Positions 41,931-56,655 of a stretch of 64,000 nt of DNA are shown in pieces. Origin of the DNA: Escherichia phage UFV-AREG1. Under the pieces are notes generated by a model, which had not been told where the DNA came from, did no database searches, and was given only the letters and a program-made list of their open reading frames with translations. The stretch lies in the sequence record KX009778. One strand, 5' to 3'. A program made the position numbers and the translations under genes. How positions within the stretch are numbered: the first letter of the stretch is position 1; each line of letters starts with the position of its first letter.

Positions 41931-42560
41931 TCATAGCTGGCATAATTTGCAATACTCTGGGTCTTCGAGAGGTATCCAACCTGAGTTGAAATACTTTACC
42001 ATCGATTTAGCAGTTGTATCAGTTATATTTATATTACCTTTAACTCTTCGCCATCCAGGAGTTTTACCGTACAGATTAGAGGATAATAACACATAATTCT
42101 CGTAAGCAATATGAGATAATTTCCAAGACTCTATATTAGCTCGTGATGTTTTCCAAGGTCTAAAATCATCACGGTTCATATAATTAGCCAATCTCATATG
42201 CTCTCTAACTTCCGGGTCTTTGGCTGGATGAGTTTCACCACTCACACCAAATCCACCACCAGCATATACCAGATTAAAATAGTCTGGATTATCTCTGGCA
42301 TTTACTTCAAGTTGGTATTTTCGTTCTGCTTCAATAACATCCAAGTCATCATCAATTTGAATTATTTTAACGCTCGGTTTTTGAAGCATTACCGCATTCA
42401 AAAATCTTTTTTGTTTACATGAGCTCCAGTATTCCTTTCCGGAAGAGTCATATATTATTCCGTTCTCAAATGAGCAATTTAATTTACTACCGATATAGTA
42501 GTATGGCGGAGTCTTATTTTTGACACGGTCTTCAAATGTAAACCAATATACTATATTCAT
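41931..42560 (-). CDS. GIY-YIG homing endonuclease, Seg-like (segG position)
   Basis: 209 aa; N-terminal IVYWFTF...YYYIGSK GIY-YIG motif; located between 32 and 59. Confidence 0.65.
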   Translation of the reverse strand: MNIVYWFTFEDRVKNKTPPYYYIGSKLNCSFENGIIYDSSGKEYWSSCKQKRFLNAVMLQKPSVKIIQIDDDLDVIEAERKYQLEVNARDNPDYFNLVYAGGGFGVSGETHPAKDPEVREHMRLANYMNRDDFRPWKTSRANIESWKLSHIAYENYVLLSSNLYGKTPGWRRVKGNINITDTTAKSMVKYFNSGWIPLEDPEYCKLCQL

Positions 42561-42561
42561 A

Positions 42562-43215
42562 TTAATACTTGCAAGATTTCACAGTTTCAATAAAAACTTT
42601 TTTAGCTTCCTGTGAATCAATATTTAAAATTTTTCTATAAGCCTTTAACTTTATAGAATAATTATTCCAGACTAAATTATCAGTCTGTTCATCATGTTTA
42701 TCAATTATATTTAAAAACGAATCAAGCAAGATAAACGTCTCAAACGAAATTATGTTCGATTGCAGAAGTTTAAAAATATAACTTGATTGAACTTTTGGAT
42801 TATATTCAAAAATTTCTTTAAAAGCAGAAACTTCAACTTTTTTACTAAAATAATAAATGTTGCGAATATCTTCTTCAAACTTAAATTTAATTTGCTTTAA
42901 GCGTCCGATATATTCACGATAAAACACAAGTGCATCAGCGTCAGAGATGTCACCAATCCAAGCATCCTGGTTAGCAACCAGATTGCTTATAAAGATTAAA
43001 GCAAGTTCCTTTAATTTATATTTTTCTGATAACTTCTGGAAAAAATACTTATCCCTTCGCTTTTGATAAGCGGCATCAGACACCCGCATGCACCAATTGT
43101 ACTTAATAACATCATATTTTCCATTCATATGTTGTTTTATCATTAAGTATAATTTATAAACTGATTTACCATCAATATATCTTTCACCACCAGCAGGCAT
43201 GCGGAGTTTAATCAT
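42562..43215 (-). CDS. 59: Helicase loader gp59
   Basis: 217 aa; T4 gp59 length and sequence. Confidence 0.9.
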   Translation of the reverse strand: MIKLRMPAGGERYIDGKSVYKLYLMIKQHMNGKYDVIKYNWCMRVSDAAYQKRRDKYFFQKLSEKYKLKELALIFISNLVANQDAWIGDISDADALVFYREYIGRLKQIKFKFEEDIRNIYYFSKKVEVSAFKEIFEYNPKVQSSYIFKLLQSNIISFETFILLDSFLNIIDKHDEQTDNLVWNNYSIKLKAYRKILNIDSQEAKKVFIETVKSCKY

Positions 43216-43550
43216 AGTAGAAAATCTAATGTATTAGTTTTTTCACAACGAACAACAGAAGGACGTAAAAGATTTTCGTCAATAGCTTCTGACTGAATTT
43301 TTTCAATTATACCCGAAGGAATAAATTTAGCAAATTGAGTTTCAGGAATAGAATTTTCTTCCAAGAATGCTGTTGTAGCTTCAAGATAACTCATTCCAAA
43401 CTCTTCTACCATTTTTTCAATAATAAATCCATTTTCTTGACGATCAAGAAGCTTTGCTATTTCATCCTTTTCTTTCTTAATTGAAAGTTCTTTTTCTGAA
43501 AGACCGGTCTCATCGACCGGACGAATATCATTTAGAGAAAACTGTGTCAT
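43212..43550 (-). CDS. 33: Late transcription co-activator gp33
   Basis: 112 aa from MTQFSL. Confidence 0.85.
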   Translation of the reverse strand: MTQFSLNDIRPVDETGLSEKELSIKKEKDEIAKLLDRQENGFIIEKMVEEFGMSYLEATTAFLEENSIPETQFAKFIPSGIIEKIQSEAIDENLLRPSVVRCEKTNTLDFLL

Positions 43551-43797
43551 AAAGTTCAACTACCTCTTCAGTTTCAGCTTCAAACACATCACGATTATCT
43601 TTATGATACAAAGCTAATAGACGATTAAACATCTTACCATCAACACCAAGTTCATCTTTGGCACGAATTCGAATATCTTTAATCAGTTCATTATAACCGG
43701 AAATTTTCAGTTTATGATCAGATGCTTCTTTAATAAATTTAGCCAAGTCTTCGCCATGGATAGCTTCATCAAATTCAACCACTTCTTTTTTAGCCAT
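43528..43797 (-). CDS. dsbA: Double-stranded DNA-binding protein DsbA
   Basis: 89 aa; synteny. Confidence 0.8.
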   Translation of the reverse strand: MAKKEVVEFDEAIHGEDLAKFIKEASDHKLKISGYNELIKDIRIRAKDELGVDGKMFNRLLALYHKDNRDVFEAETEEVVELYDTVFSK

Positions 43798-43805
43798 TAT
43801 TCACC

Positions 43806-44723
43806 TCAAAATTCATTAATGCTATTAGTTAATTTAGAAAGACCCGCTTTTACAAAATATGAATAAATTTTGCCACGCGGTGGTAATTTATATGAATTAT
43901 AGTAATTCACAATGTTTGAAGCAATATTATCAGGAATATAATCAAAATCAATTAGAACTAAATTTTCTTTATAACGATTATATTCAGATTCTGTGAGAAG
44001 CACCTTAGCTTGCTCACGGTCATTAGCAATAGCTTCAACGATTGAAGTTTTCATTGAAGGAGTTCGTTCACCTTCAACTCTGGTAAACCAAAAGTCAGAT
44101 CGTACTTTAACTGAAGCAACGTTATCCTTTTTGTCACCTTTAAGGATTTTAGTCATACAGTCAATTTCAGCAGAACCGCTTTTAATTTTAACCCATTTCT
44201 TATGCATCGGTGACCATTGCTTAACATTTGGATATTTGTGAAGCTGTGTAAAGTCACCATCCGATGAAATGATTAAAATCTTATGTCCTTCTAAAGAGAA
44301 CTTTTTAACAAGAACAGCAATGTGGTCATCCGCTTCATACTTATCAATATCCATAACAATGTATGGCATATAAGCTTTCAATTCATCTATAACTTTATGG
44401 CTGGATTCAAAATAACCTTCCCAGTCCCAAGTAGATTCTTCTCGTGCTTTTCCGCGGTTTTTCTTATAATAATACGCGAAATCACGACGCCAGTATCCAG
44501 ATTTCGCATTATCGATACACAGTACAATTTTAGTGTATCCAAGAGCTTTTGCTTTTTTGACATTAAACTTAATTGAGTTCAATATCAAATGACGAACCAT
44601 TGATAAATTAATTTTTTCTTTATCTGGGAAGTTTACCAAAGCAGTTGAAAGCGCAATTTGACTAAAGTCAATTAAGCAAATTCCTTCTTTGTAATCTTCA
44701 TCCAGCATCATTTCTAAATCCAT
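43806..44723 (-). CDS. rnh: RNase H (5'-3' exonuclease, FEN family)
   Basis: 305 aa from MDLEMMLDEDY. Confidence 0.9.
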   Translation of the reverse strand: MDLEMMLDEDYKEGICLIDFSQIALSTALVNFPDKEKINLSMVRHLILNSIKFNVKKAKALGYTKIVLCIDNAKSGYWRRDFAYYYKKNRGKAREESTWDWEGYFESSHKVIDELKAYMPYIVMDIDKYEADDHIAVLVKKFSLEGHKILIISSDGDFTQLHKYPNVKQWSPMHKKWVKIKSGSAEIDCMTKILKGDKKDNVASVKVRSDFWFTRVEGERTPSMKTSIVEAIANDREQAKVLLTESEYNRYKENLVLIDFDYIPDNIASNIVNYYNSYKLPPRGKIYSYFVKAGLSKLTNSINEF

Positions 44724-44785
44724 ATGAACCTCGTTCAATTAGTGAGATTTCTATTATATACCATCCAAATCTTAAAGTAAACAAG

Positions 44786-44793
44786 TATAAATA
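44786..44793 (+). promoter_or_regulatory. Late promoter TATAAATA for gene 34
   Basis: TATAAATA about 33 nt upstream of ATG; RBS aggag. Confidence 0.5.
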
Positions 44794-44826
44794 CTTATTA
44801 TTGAAAACACAATAGGAGCCGGGAGA

Positions 44827-47800
44827 ATGGCCGAGATTAAAAGAAAGTTCAGAGCAGAAGATGGTCTGGACGCAGGTGGTGATAAAATAATCAACGTAGC
44901 TTTAGCTGATCGTACCGTAGGAACTGACGGCGTTAACGTTGATTACTTAATTCAAGAAAACACAGTTCAACAATATGATCCAACTCGTGGATATTTAAAA
45001 GATTTTGTAATCATTTATGATAACCGCTTTTGGGCTGCTATAAATGATATTCCAAAACCAGCAGGAGCTTTTAATAGCGGACGCTGGAGAGCATTACGTA
45101 CCAATGCTAACTGGATTACGGTTTCATCTGGTTCATACCAATTAAAATCTGGTGAAGCTATTTCGGTTAACACCGCAGCTGGTAATGATATTACATTTAC
45201 TTTACCATCTACCCCAATTGATGGTGATACTATCGTTCTCCAAGATATTGGAGGAAAACCTGGAGTTAACCAAGTTTTAATTGTAGCTCCGGTGCAAAGT
45301 ATTGTAAACTTCAGAGGTCAACAAGTACGTTCAGTACTAATGACTCATCCAAAGTCACAGCTAGTTTTAATTTTTAGTAATCGTCTGTGGCAAATGTATG
45401 TAGCTGATTATAGTAGAGAAGCTGTAGTTGTAACACCGGCAAGTCTTTATCAGGCGCAATCTAACGATTTTATCGTGCGTAGATTTACTTCTGCTGCACC
45501 AATAAATATTAAACTTCCAAGATTTGCTAATCATGGCGATATTATTAATTTCGTCGATTTAGATAAACTAAATCCACTTTATCATACAATTGTTACTACA
45601 TACGATGAAACTACTTCAATACAAGAAGATGGAACTCATTCTATTGAAGGACGTACATCGATTGACGGTTTCTTGATGTATGATGATAATGAAAAATTGT
45701 GGAGATTGTTTGACGGGGATAGTAAAGCACGTTTACGTATTATAACAACTAATTCTAATATTCGTCCAAACGAAGAAGTCATGGTATTTGGTGCGAATAA
45801 CGGAACAACTCAAACAATTGAGCTTCAGCTTCCAACTAATATTTCTGTTGGTGATACTGTTAAAATTTCCATGAATTACATGAGAAAAGGACAAACAGTT
45901 AAAATCAAAGCTGCCGGTGAAGATAAAATTGCTTCTTCAGTTCAATTGCTGCAATTCCCAAAACGTTCAGAATATCCGCCTGAAACTAAATGGGTTACAG
46001 TTCAAGAATTAGTTTTTAACGGTGAAACTAATTATGTTCCAGTTTTACAGCTTGCTTATATAGAAGATTCTGATGGAAAATATTGGGTTGTACAGCAAAA
46101 CGTTCCAACTGTAGAAAGAGTTGATTCTTTAAATGATTCTACTAGAGCAAGATTAGGCGTAATTGCTTTAGCTACGCAAGCTCAAGCTAATGCCGATTTA
46201 GAAAATTCTCCACAGAAAGAATTAGCAATTACACCAGAAACATTAGCTAACCGTACTGCTACAGAAACTCGTAGAGGTATCGCAAGAATAGCAACCACTG
46301 CCCAAGTGAACCAGGATACTACATTCTCTTTTGCTGATGATATTATCGTCACTCCTAAAAAGCTGAATGAAAGAACTGCCACAGAAACCCGTAGAGGTGT
46401 TGCTGAAATTGCTACACAGCAAGAAACTAATGCAGGTACTGATGATACTACAATCATCACTCCTAAAAAGCTTCAAGCTCGACAAGGTTCTGAATCATTA
46501 TCTGGTATTGTAACCTTTGTATCTACCGCAGGAGCTACTCCAGCTTCTAGTCGTGAATTAAATGGTACAAATGTTTACAATAAAAACACTAATAATTTAG
46601 TTGTTTCGCCTAAAGCTTTGGATCAGTATAAAGCTACTCCAACGCAACAAGGTGCAGTAATTTTAGCAGTTGAAAGTGAAGTAATTGCTGGACAAAGTCA
46701 AGAAGGATGGGCAAATGCGGTTGTAACGCCAGAAACGTTACATAAAAAGACATCAACTGATGCAAGAATTGGTTTAATTGAAATTGCTACGCAAAGTGAA
46801 GTTAATACAGGAACTGATTATACTCGTGCAGTCACTCCTAAAACTTTAAATGACCGTAAAGCAACTGAAGGTTTAAGTGGTATAGCTGAAATTGCTACAC
46901 AAGTTGAATTCGACGCAGGCGTCGACGATACTCGTATCTCTACACCATTAAAAATTAAAACCAGATTTAATAGTACTGATCGTACTTCTGTTGTTGCTCT
47001 ATCTGGATTAGTTGAATCAGGAACTCTCTGGGACCATTATACCCTTAATATTCTTGAAGCAAATGAGACACAACGTGGTACACTTCGTGTAGCTACACAA
47101 GTTGAAGCTGCTGCAGGAACATTGGATAATGTTCTAATAACTCCTAAAAAGCTTTTAGGTACTAAATCTACCGAATCGCAAGAAGGCGTTATTAAAGTTG
47201 CAACTCAGGCTGAAACTGTAGCTGGAACGTCAGCAAATACTGCTGTATCTCCAAAAAATTTAAAATGGGTTGTACAGAGTGAACCTACTTGGGCAGCTAC
47301 TACTTTGGTAAGAGGTTTTGTTAAAACTTCATCTGGTTCAATTACATTCGTTGGTAATGATATAGTTGGTTCAACACAGTCATTAGAATTATATGAGAAA
47401 AATAGCTATGCAGTATCGCCATATGAATTAAACCGCGTATTAGCAAATTATTTGCCGTTAAAAGCAAAAGCTGCAGATAGTAATTTATTAGATGGTCTAG
47501 ATTCATCTCAGTTCATTCGTAGGGATATTGCACAGACAGTTAATGGTTCACTAACCTTAACTCAACAAACGAATCTGAGTGCCCCTCTTGTATCATCTAG
47601 TACTGCTACGTTTGGTGGATCAGTTTCAGCAAATAGTACACTAACCATTTCTAATACTGATGGAACAGCAACTCGTCTGATTTTTGAGAAAGGACCTCAA
47701 ACTGGAACGAACCCGGCTCAAACGATGACAGTCAGCGTGTGGGGGAATCAATTTAGTGGGGAATCAAACACAACACGTTCTACCGTATTTGAAGTTAGTG

Positions 47801-48699
47801 ATGAAACATCTTATCACTTTTATTCTCAACGCGATAAAGATGGTAATATAGCATTTAGCATTAATGGTACTGTAATGCCAATAAATGTGAATGCTTTAGG
47901 TTCTTTGAATGCGAATGGCATTGCAACATTCGGTAGTTCAGTTACTGCTAATGGCGAATTTATCAGTAAATCATCGAATGCTTTCAGAGCAATAAATGGT
48001 AATTATGGATTCTTTATTCGTAACGCTGGTAATGACACCTATTTTATGCTCACTGCAGCCGGTGATCAGAGCGGTGGATTTAATGGATTACGTCCATTAT
48101 CAATTAATAATCAATCTGGTCAAGTAACGATTGGTGAAAGCTTAATCATTGCCAAAGGTGCTACTATAAGTTCAGGTGGTTTAACTGTTAACTCGAGAAT
48201 TCGTTCTCAGGGTACTAAAACCTCTGATTTATATACCCGTGCGCCAACATCTGATACTGTAGGATTCTGGTCAATCGATATTAATGATTCAGCCACTTAT
48301 AACCAGTTCCCGGGTTATTTTGAAATGGTTGAAAAAACTAATGAAGTGACTGGACTTCCATACTTAGAACGTGGCGAAGAGGTTAAATCTCCTGGTACAT
48401 TGACTCAGTTTGGTAACACACTCGATTCGCTTTACCAAGATTGGATTACTTATCCAACGACCCCAGAAGCGCGCACCACTCGCTGGACGCGTACATGGCA
48501 GAAAACCAAAAACTCTTGGTCAAGTTTTGTTCAGGTATTTGATGGGGGTAACCCTCCTCAGCCATCTGATATCGGTGCTTTACCATCTGATAATGCTACA
48601 ATGGGGAATCTTACTATTCGTGATTTCTTACGAATTGGTAATGTTCGCATTATTCCTGACCCAGTGAATAAATCTGTTAAATTTGAATGGATTGAATAA
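44827..48699 (+). CDS. 34: Long tail fibre proximal subunit gp34
   Basis: 1290 aa; internal repeated IATQ/TPKKL motifs. Confidence 0.92.
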   Translation: MAEIKRKFRAEDGLDAGGDKIINVALADRTVGTDGVNVDYLIQENTVQQYDPTRGYLKDFVIIYDNRFWAAINDIPKPAGAFNSGRWRALRTNANWITVSSGSYQLKSGEAISVNTAAGNDITFTLPSTPIDGDTIVLQDIGGKPGVNQVLIVAPVQSIVNFRGQQVRSVLMTHPKSQLVLIFSNRLWQMYVADYSREAVVVTPASLYQAQSNDFIVRRFTSAAPINIKLPRFANHGDIINFVDLDKLNPLYHTIVTTYDETTSIQEDGTHSIEGRTSIDGFLMYDDNEKLWRLFDGDSKARLRIITTNSNIRPNEEVMVFGANNGTTQTIELQLPTNISVGDTVKISMNYMRKGQTVKIKAAGEDKIASSVQLLQFPKRSEYPPETKWVTVQELVFNGETNYVPVLQLAYIEDSDGKYWVVQQNVPTVERVDSLNDSTRARLGVIALATQAQANADLENSPQKELAITPETLANRTATETRRGIARIATTAQVNQDTTFSFADDIIVTPKKLNERTATETRRGVAEIATQQETNAGTDDTTIITPKKLQARQGSESLSGIVTFVSTAGATPASSRELNGTNVYNKNTNNLVVSPKALDQYKATPTQQGAVILAVESEVIAGQSQEGWANAVVTPETLHKKTSTDARIGLIEIATQSEVNTGTDYTRAVTPKTLNDRKATEGLSGIAEIATQVEFDAGVDDTRISTPLKIKTRFNSTDRTSVVALSGLVESGTLWDHYTLNILEANETQRGTLRVATQVEAAAGTLDNVLITPKKLLGTKSTESQEGVIKVATQAETVAGTSANTAVSPKNLKWVVQSEPTWAATTLVRGFVKTSSGSITFVGNDIVGSTQSLELYEKNSYAVSPYELNRVLANYLPLKAKAADSNLLDGLDSSQFIRRDIAQTVNGSLTLTQQTNLSAPLVSSSTATFGGSVSANSTLTISNTDGTATRLIFEKGPQTGTNPAQTMTVSVWGNQFSGESNTTRSTVFEVSDETSYHFYSQRDKDGNIAFSINGTVMPINVNALGSLNANGIATFGSSVTANGEFISKSSNAFRAINGNYGFFIRNAGNDTYFMLTAAGDQSGGFNGLRPLSINNQSGQVTIGESLIIAKGATISSGGLTVNSRIRSQGTKTSDLYTRAPTSDTVGFWSIDINDSATYNQFPGYFEMVEKTNEVTGLPYLERGEEVKSPGTLTQFGNTLDSLYQDWITYPTTPEARTTRWTRTWQKTKNSWSSFVQVFDGGNPPQPSDIGALPSDNATMGNLTIRDFLRIGNVRIIPDPVNKSVKFEWIE

Positions 48700-48707
48700 G
48701 AGGTATT

Positions 48708-49826
48708 ATGGAAAAATTTATGGCAGAGTTTGGACAAGGATATGTCCAAACGCCATTTTTATCGGAAAGCAATTCAGTAAGATATAAAATAAGTATAGCG
48801 GGTTCTTGCCCGCTTTCTACTGCAGAAGGACCATACGTTAAATTTCAGGATAATCCTGTCGGAAGTCAAACATTTAGCGCAGGACTTCATTTAAGAGTTT
48901 TTGACCCTTCTACAGGAGCATTAGTTGATAGTAAGTCATATGCTTTTTCGACTTCAAATGATACTACATCAGCTGCTTTTGTTAGTTTCATGAATTCTTT
49001 GACGAATAATAGACTTGTTGCTATATTAACTAACGGAAAAGTTAATTTTCCTCCTGAAGTAGTATCTTGGATAAGAACCGCAGGAACGTCTGCTTTTCCA
49101 TCTGATTCTGTATTGTCAAGATTCGACGTATCATATGCTGCTTTTTACACTTCTTCTAAAAGAGCTATTGCATTAGAGCATGTTAAACTAAGTAATAGAA
49201 AAAGCACAGATGACTATCAAACTATTTTAGATGTTGTATTTGATAGTTTAGAAGACGTTGGAGCTACAGGATTTCCTAAAAGAACATACGAAAGCGTTGA
49301 GCAATTTATGTCAGCGGTTGGTGGAACTAATAACGAAATTGCACGTTTACCAACTTCATCCGCGATAAGTAAACTCTCTGATTATAATTTAATTCCTGGC
49401 GATGTTCTTTATCTTAAAGCACAGCTATATGCTGATGCCGATTTACTTGCGCTTGGAACTACAAATATATCTATCCGTTTTTATGATGAATCGAATGGAT
49501 ATATTTCTTCAACACATGCTGAGTTTACTGGACAAGCTGGGTCATGGGAATTAAAGGAAGATTATGTAGTTATTCCAGAAAATGCAGTAGGATTTACGAT
49601 ATACGCACAAAGAACTGCACAAGCTGGTCAAGGTGGCATGAGAAATTTAAGCTTTTCTGAAGTGTCAAGAAATGGAGGTATTTCGAAACCTGCTGAATTT
49701 GGTATCAACGGCATTCGTGTTAATTATATCTGTGAATCTGCTTCACCTCCGGATATAATGGTACTTCCTACGCAAGCATCGTCTAAAGCTGGTAAAGTAT
49801 TTGGGCAAGAATTTAGAGAAGTATAA
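48708..49826 (+). CDS. 35: Long tail fibre hinge gp35
   Basis: 372 aa. Confidence 0.88.
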   Translation: MEKFMAEFGQGYVQTPFLSESNSVRYKISIAGSCPLSTAEGPYVKFQDNPVGSQTFSAGLHLRVFDPSTGALVDSKSYAFSTSNDTTSAAFVSFMNSLTNNRLVAILTNGKVNFPPEVVSWIRTAGTSAFPSDSVLSRFDVSYAAFYTSSKRAIALEHVKLSNRKSTDDYQTILDVVFDSLEDVGATGFPKRTYESVEQFMSAVGGTNNEIARLPTSSAISKLSDYNLIPGDVLYLKAQLYADADLLALGTTNISIRFYDESNGYISSTHAEFTGQAGSWELKEDYVVIPENAVGFTIYAQRTAQAGQGGMRNLSFSEVSRNGGISKPAEFGINGIRVNYICESASPPDIMVLPTQASSKAGKVFGQEFREV

Positions 49827-49831
49827 ATTGA

Positions 49832-49857
49832 GGGAGCCTTCGGGTTCCCTTTTTCTT
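49832..49857 (+). terminator. Rho-independent terminator after gene 35
   Basis: Hairpin gggagcc-ttcg-ggttccc followed by T-run. Confidence 0.6.
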
Positions 49858-49865
49858 TATAAATA
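49858..49865 (+). promoter_or_regulatory. Late promoter TATAAATA for gene 36
   Basis: TATAAATA 24 nt upstream of ATG. Confidence 0.5.
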
Positions 49866-49888
49866 CTATTAAAATAAAGGGGCATACA

Positions 49889-50545
49889 ATGGCTGATTTA
49901 AAAGTAGGTTCAACAACTGGAGGCTCTGTCATTTGGCATCAAGGAAATTTTCCATTGAATCCAGCCGGTGACGATGTACTCTATAAATCATTTAAAATAT
50001 ATTCAGAATACAATAAGCCACAGGCAACTGATAACGATTTCGTTTCTAAAGCTAATGGCGGTACGTATTTAAATAAAGTAATTTTTAATAAAGGAATGAC
50101 TGTTCCTGGTGCAGGGTCAGGTGACAATGGTATTTTTGCTGGTCCTGGTGATAATGCCACGTATGATACTACAAATATGGATATCGTTTCGTGGTATGGT
50201 ATTGGTTTTAAATCATCACAAGGAACAGCAGGTAGAACTGTAGTAATTAACACGCGAAATGGAGATATTAGCTCAAAGGGCGTAATTGAAGCATCACAAA
50301 TACGCGCAACTTCATTATCACCAGTAAATAATTATGACCTTACACGGAAAGATTATGTTGATGGAGCAATAAATATTGTTACAGCAAACGCAAACTCTAG
50401 AGTATTACGCTCTGGAGACACTATGACAGGAAATTTGACTGCGCCAAACCTTTTTTCACAGAATCCTGCATCTCAACCCTCACATGTTCCACGATTTGAT
50501 CAAATTGTTATTAAGGATTCTGTTCAAGATTTCGGCTATTATTAA
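49889..50545 (+). CDS. 36: Long tail fibre distal connector gp36
   Basis: 218 aa. Confidence 0.85.
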   Translation: MADLKVGSTTGGSVIWHQGNFPLNPAGDDVLYKSFKIYSEYNKPQATDNDFVSKANGGTYLNKVIFNKGMTVPGAGSGDNGIFAGPGDNATYDTTNMDIVSWYGIGFKSSQGTAGRTVVINTRNGDISSKGVIEASQIRATSLSPVNNYDLTRKDYVDGAINIVTANANSRVLRSGDTMTGNLTAPNLFSQNPASQPSHVPRFDQIVIKDSVQDFGYY

Positions 50546-50553
50546 GAGGACTT

Positions 50554-54673
<4,120 letters not shown>

Positions 54674-54703
54674 TTTGAATAAATATCCTTAAAAGGAGGG
54701 TCT

Positions 54704-55360
54704 ATGGCAGCACCTAGAATATCATTTTCGCCCTCTGATATTCTGTTGGGTGTTCTAGATCGCTTGTTCAAAGATAACGCTACCGGGAAGGTTCTTGCTT
54801 CCCGAGTAGCTGTCGTAATTCTTTTGTTTATAATGGCGATTGTTTGGTATAGGGGAGATAGTTTCTTTGAGTACTATAAGCAATCAAAGTATGAAACATA
54901 CCGTGAAATTATTGAAAAGGAAAGAAATGCACGCTTTGAATCTGTCGCCCTGGAACAACTCCAGATAGTTCATATATCATCTGAGGCAGACTTTAGTGCG
55001 GTGTATTCTTTCCGCCCTAAAAACTTAAACTATTTTGTTGATATTATAGCATATGAAGGAAAATTACCTTCAACAATAAGCGAAAAATCACTTGGAGGAT
55101 ATCCTGTTGATAAAACTATGGATGAATATACAGTTCATTTAAATGGACGTCATTATTATTCCGATTCAAAATTTGCTTTTTTACCAACTAAAAAGCCTAC
55201 TCCCGAAATAAATTACATGTACAGTTGTCCATATTTCAATTTGGATAACATCTATGCTGGAACAATAACCATGTACTGGTATAGAAATGATCATATAAGT
55301 AATGACCGCCTTGAATCAATATGTTCTCAGGCGGCCAGAATATTAGGAAGGGCTAAATAA
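54704..55360 (+). CDS. t: Holin / lysis-inhibition sensor T
   Basis: 218 aa; single N-terminal TM helix; T4 T length. Confidence 0.92.
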   Translation: MAAPRISFSPSDILLGVLDRLFKDNATGKVLASRVAVVILLFIMAIVWYRGDSFFEYYKQSKYETYREIIEKERNARFESVALEQLQIVHISSEADFSAVYSFRPKNLNYFVDIIAYEGKLPSTISEKSLGGYPVDKTMDEYTVHLNGRHYYSDSKFAFLPTKKPTPEINYMYSCPYFNLDNIYAGTITMYWYRNDHISNDRLESICSQAARILGRAK

Positions 55361-55633
55361 TTATTTGTTCGTATACATCTCTAGATATCGATATACACTC
55401 TCAAAACCCTCGTTGAATTCGTCGATGAGGGTTTTCTTATCTTCTTGGGTTAATTCAGAAACAATTTTACGGAATGAATTCTGATTTAATTTTCTACCTT
55501 CATGCGTTACTCCAATCTCATTCAGAAATGCAATAAAATTAGCACGATTTTCAACAATATCTTCTCTGGAAAATTTAATCAAAATAGACGCAACAGTAAT
55601 AATTTCACGAACTGTATCAATGTTTTTATTCAT
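55361..55633 (-). CDS. asiA: Anti-sigma70 factor AsiA
   Basis: 90 aa; T4 AsiA sequence. Confidence 0.92.
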   Translation of the reverse strand: MNKNIDTVREIITVASILIKFSREDIVENRANFIAFLNEIGVTHEGRKLNQNSFRKIVSELTQEDKKTLIDEFNEGFESVYRYLEMYTNK

Positions 55634-55794
55634 TAACTATACCACTCAATTAGTTGACTTTATTATAATATCATCAGACGCTTGATTTGTAAACTGATCT
55701 GTGTTGTTTTCTTCAAAAATTTTTTCTACGAATTCCTTGAACGACTCACGTTCCTGAGCTACATTATGCTCGATTACCATTTCAAGATTATGAC

Positions 55795-56073
55795 TCATTC
55801 GAAATAATCTTCAATTTCGTAATCATGGACATAAATCATTATAGTTTTTAATACATCATCAATACTTTTTCCTGGAGCTGGAATTATGTAAAAATATCCC
55901 GCCTTTGAGTTATCTTTATAAGTTCCAACCAAGAAATCATTATTCTCGAGATGTAATTCTTCAACTAATTCATTGACAATTGAGTGGTATAAATTTGGTA
56001 GAAACTTGTATAGCTTTTCTAGAATATCAATTTTGATTGTATATTGAACCACAGATTGAGAATCAATAATCAT
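55795..56073 (-). CDS. arn: Arn, anti-restriction nuclease protein
   Basis: 92 aa; synteny. Confidence 0.8.
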   Translation of the reverse strand: MIIDSQSVVQYTIKIDILEKLYKFLPNLYHSIVNELVEELHLENNDFLVGTYKDNSKAGYFYIIPAPGKSIDDVLKTIMIYVHDYEIEDYFE

Positions 56074-56156
56074 AGACCTTCCCCTTATGTTTCTGTTTAC
56101 GATTAGAATCTTTAAACGCTTTCTTCTTATCTTTATGAACAGAAGCTTTATTAAAA

Positions 56157-56375
56157 TTATGTTTTGCGACTAAATTGTTCATAGTGCTGAATTACCTCTC
56201 TTAAACATTTGCATGTGAATGAGAACTTTTTAGCTACACCACACTCAAATATATGTTCTCTTAAATCACGTGTATCGGTATATCCCATCTCAACAATAAA
56301 ATGCCTTATTAGATTTTTATCTTTATCATTGAGAGAATTAAAATAATCAGATTTTGAATTAATTTCCCTAGCCAA
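56157..56375 (-). CDS. Hypothetical protein, arn.x-like
   Basis: 72-aa ORF. Confidence 0.45.
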   Translation of the reverse strand: MAREINSKSDYFNSLNDKDKNLIRHFIVEMGYTDTRDLREHIFECGVAKKFSFTCKCLREVIQHYEQFSRKT

Positions 56376-56655
56376 ATTGAATCACCTTCAGTTGACGTTT
56401 TAATTCTTTTATCATTTCTTCGTTCATCGCAATATAAAGATCGCGTAAAGCAGGTTTTAGCATTCCATTTACTGGAGAACTAAATGGACATACATAATCT
56501 TTTCCTACAAGCTTTTTGGTAAATTCCATATCACAAAATTTAAATGCCGGCTCATTCGCATAAATTCCCCAATTAGTTGACATCATTTTATTGGCATATT
56601 CCAGTGCCTGAATTTGATTCATAATTCCATCAATTTGAAACTTTTTAATATTCAT
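56368..56655 (-). CDS. Hypothetical protein
   Basis: 95-aa ORF. Confidence 0.45.
   Translation of the reverse strand: MNIKKFQIDGIMNQIQALEYANKMMSTNWGIYANEPAFKFCDMEFTKKLVGKDYVCPFSSPVNGMLKPALRDLYIAMNEEMIKELKRQLKVIQFG

Noticed and set aside
46182-46485. Minus-strand ORFs within gene 34
   Set aside because: Antisense to the tail fibre gene within its repeat region; artefact of repetitive codon usage.
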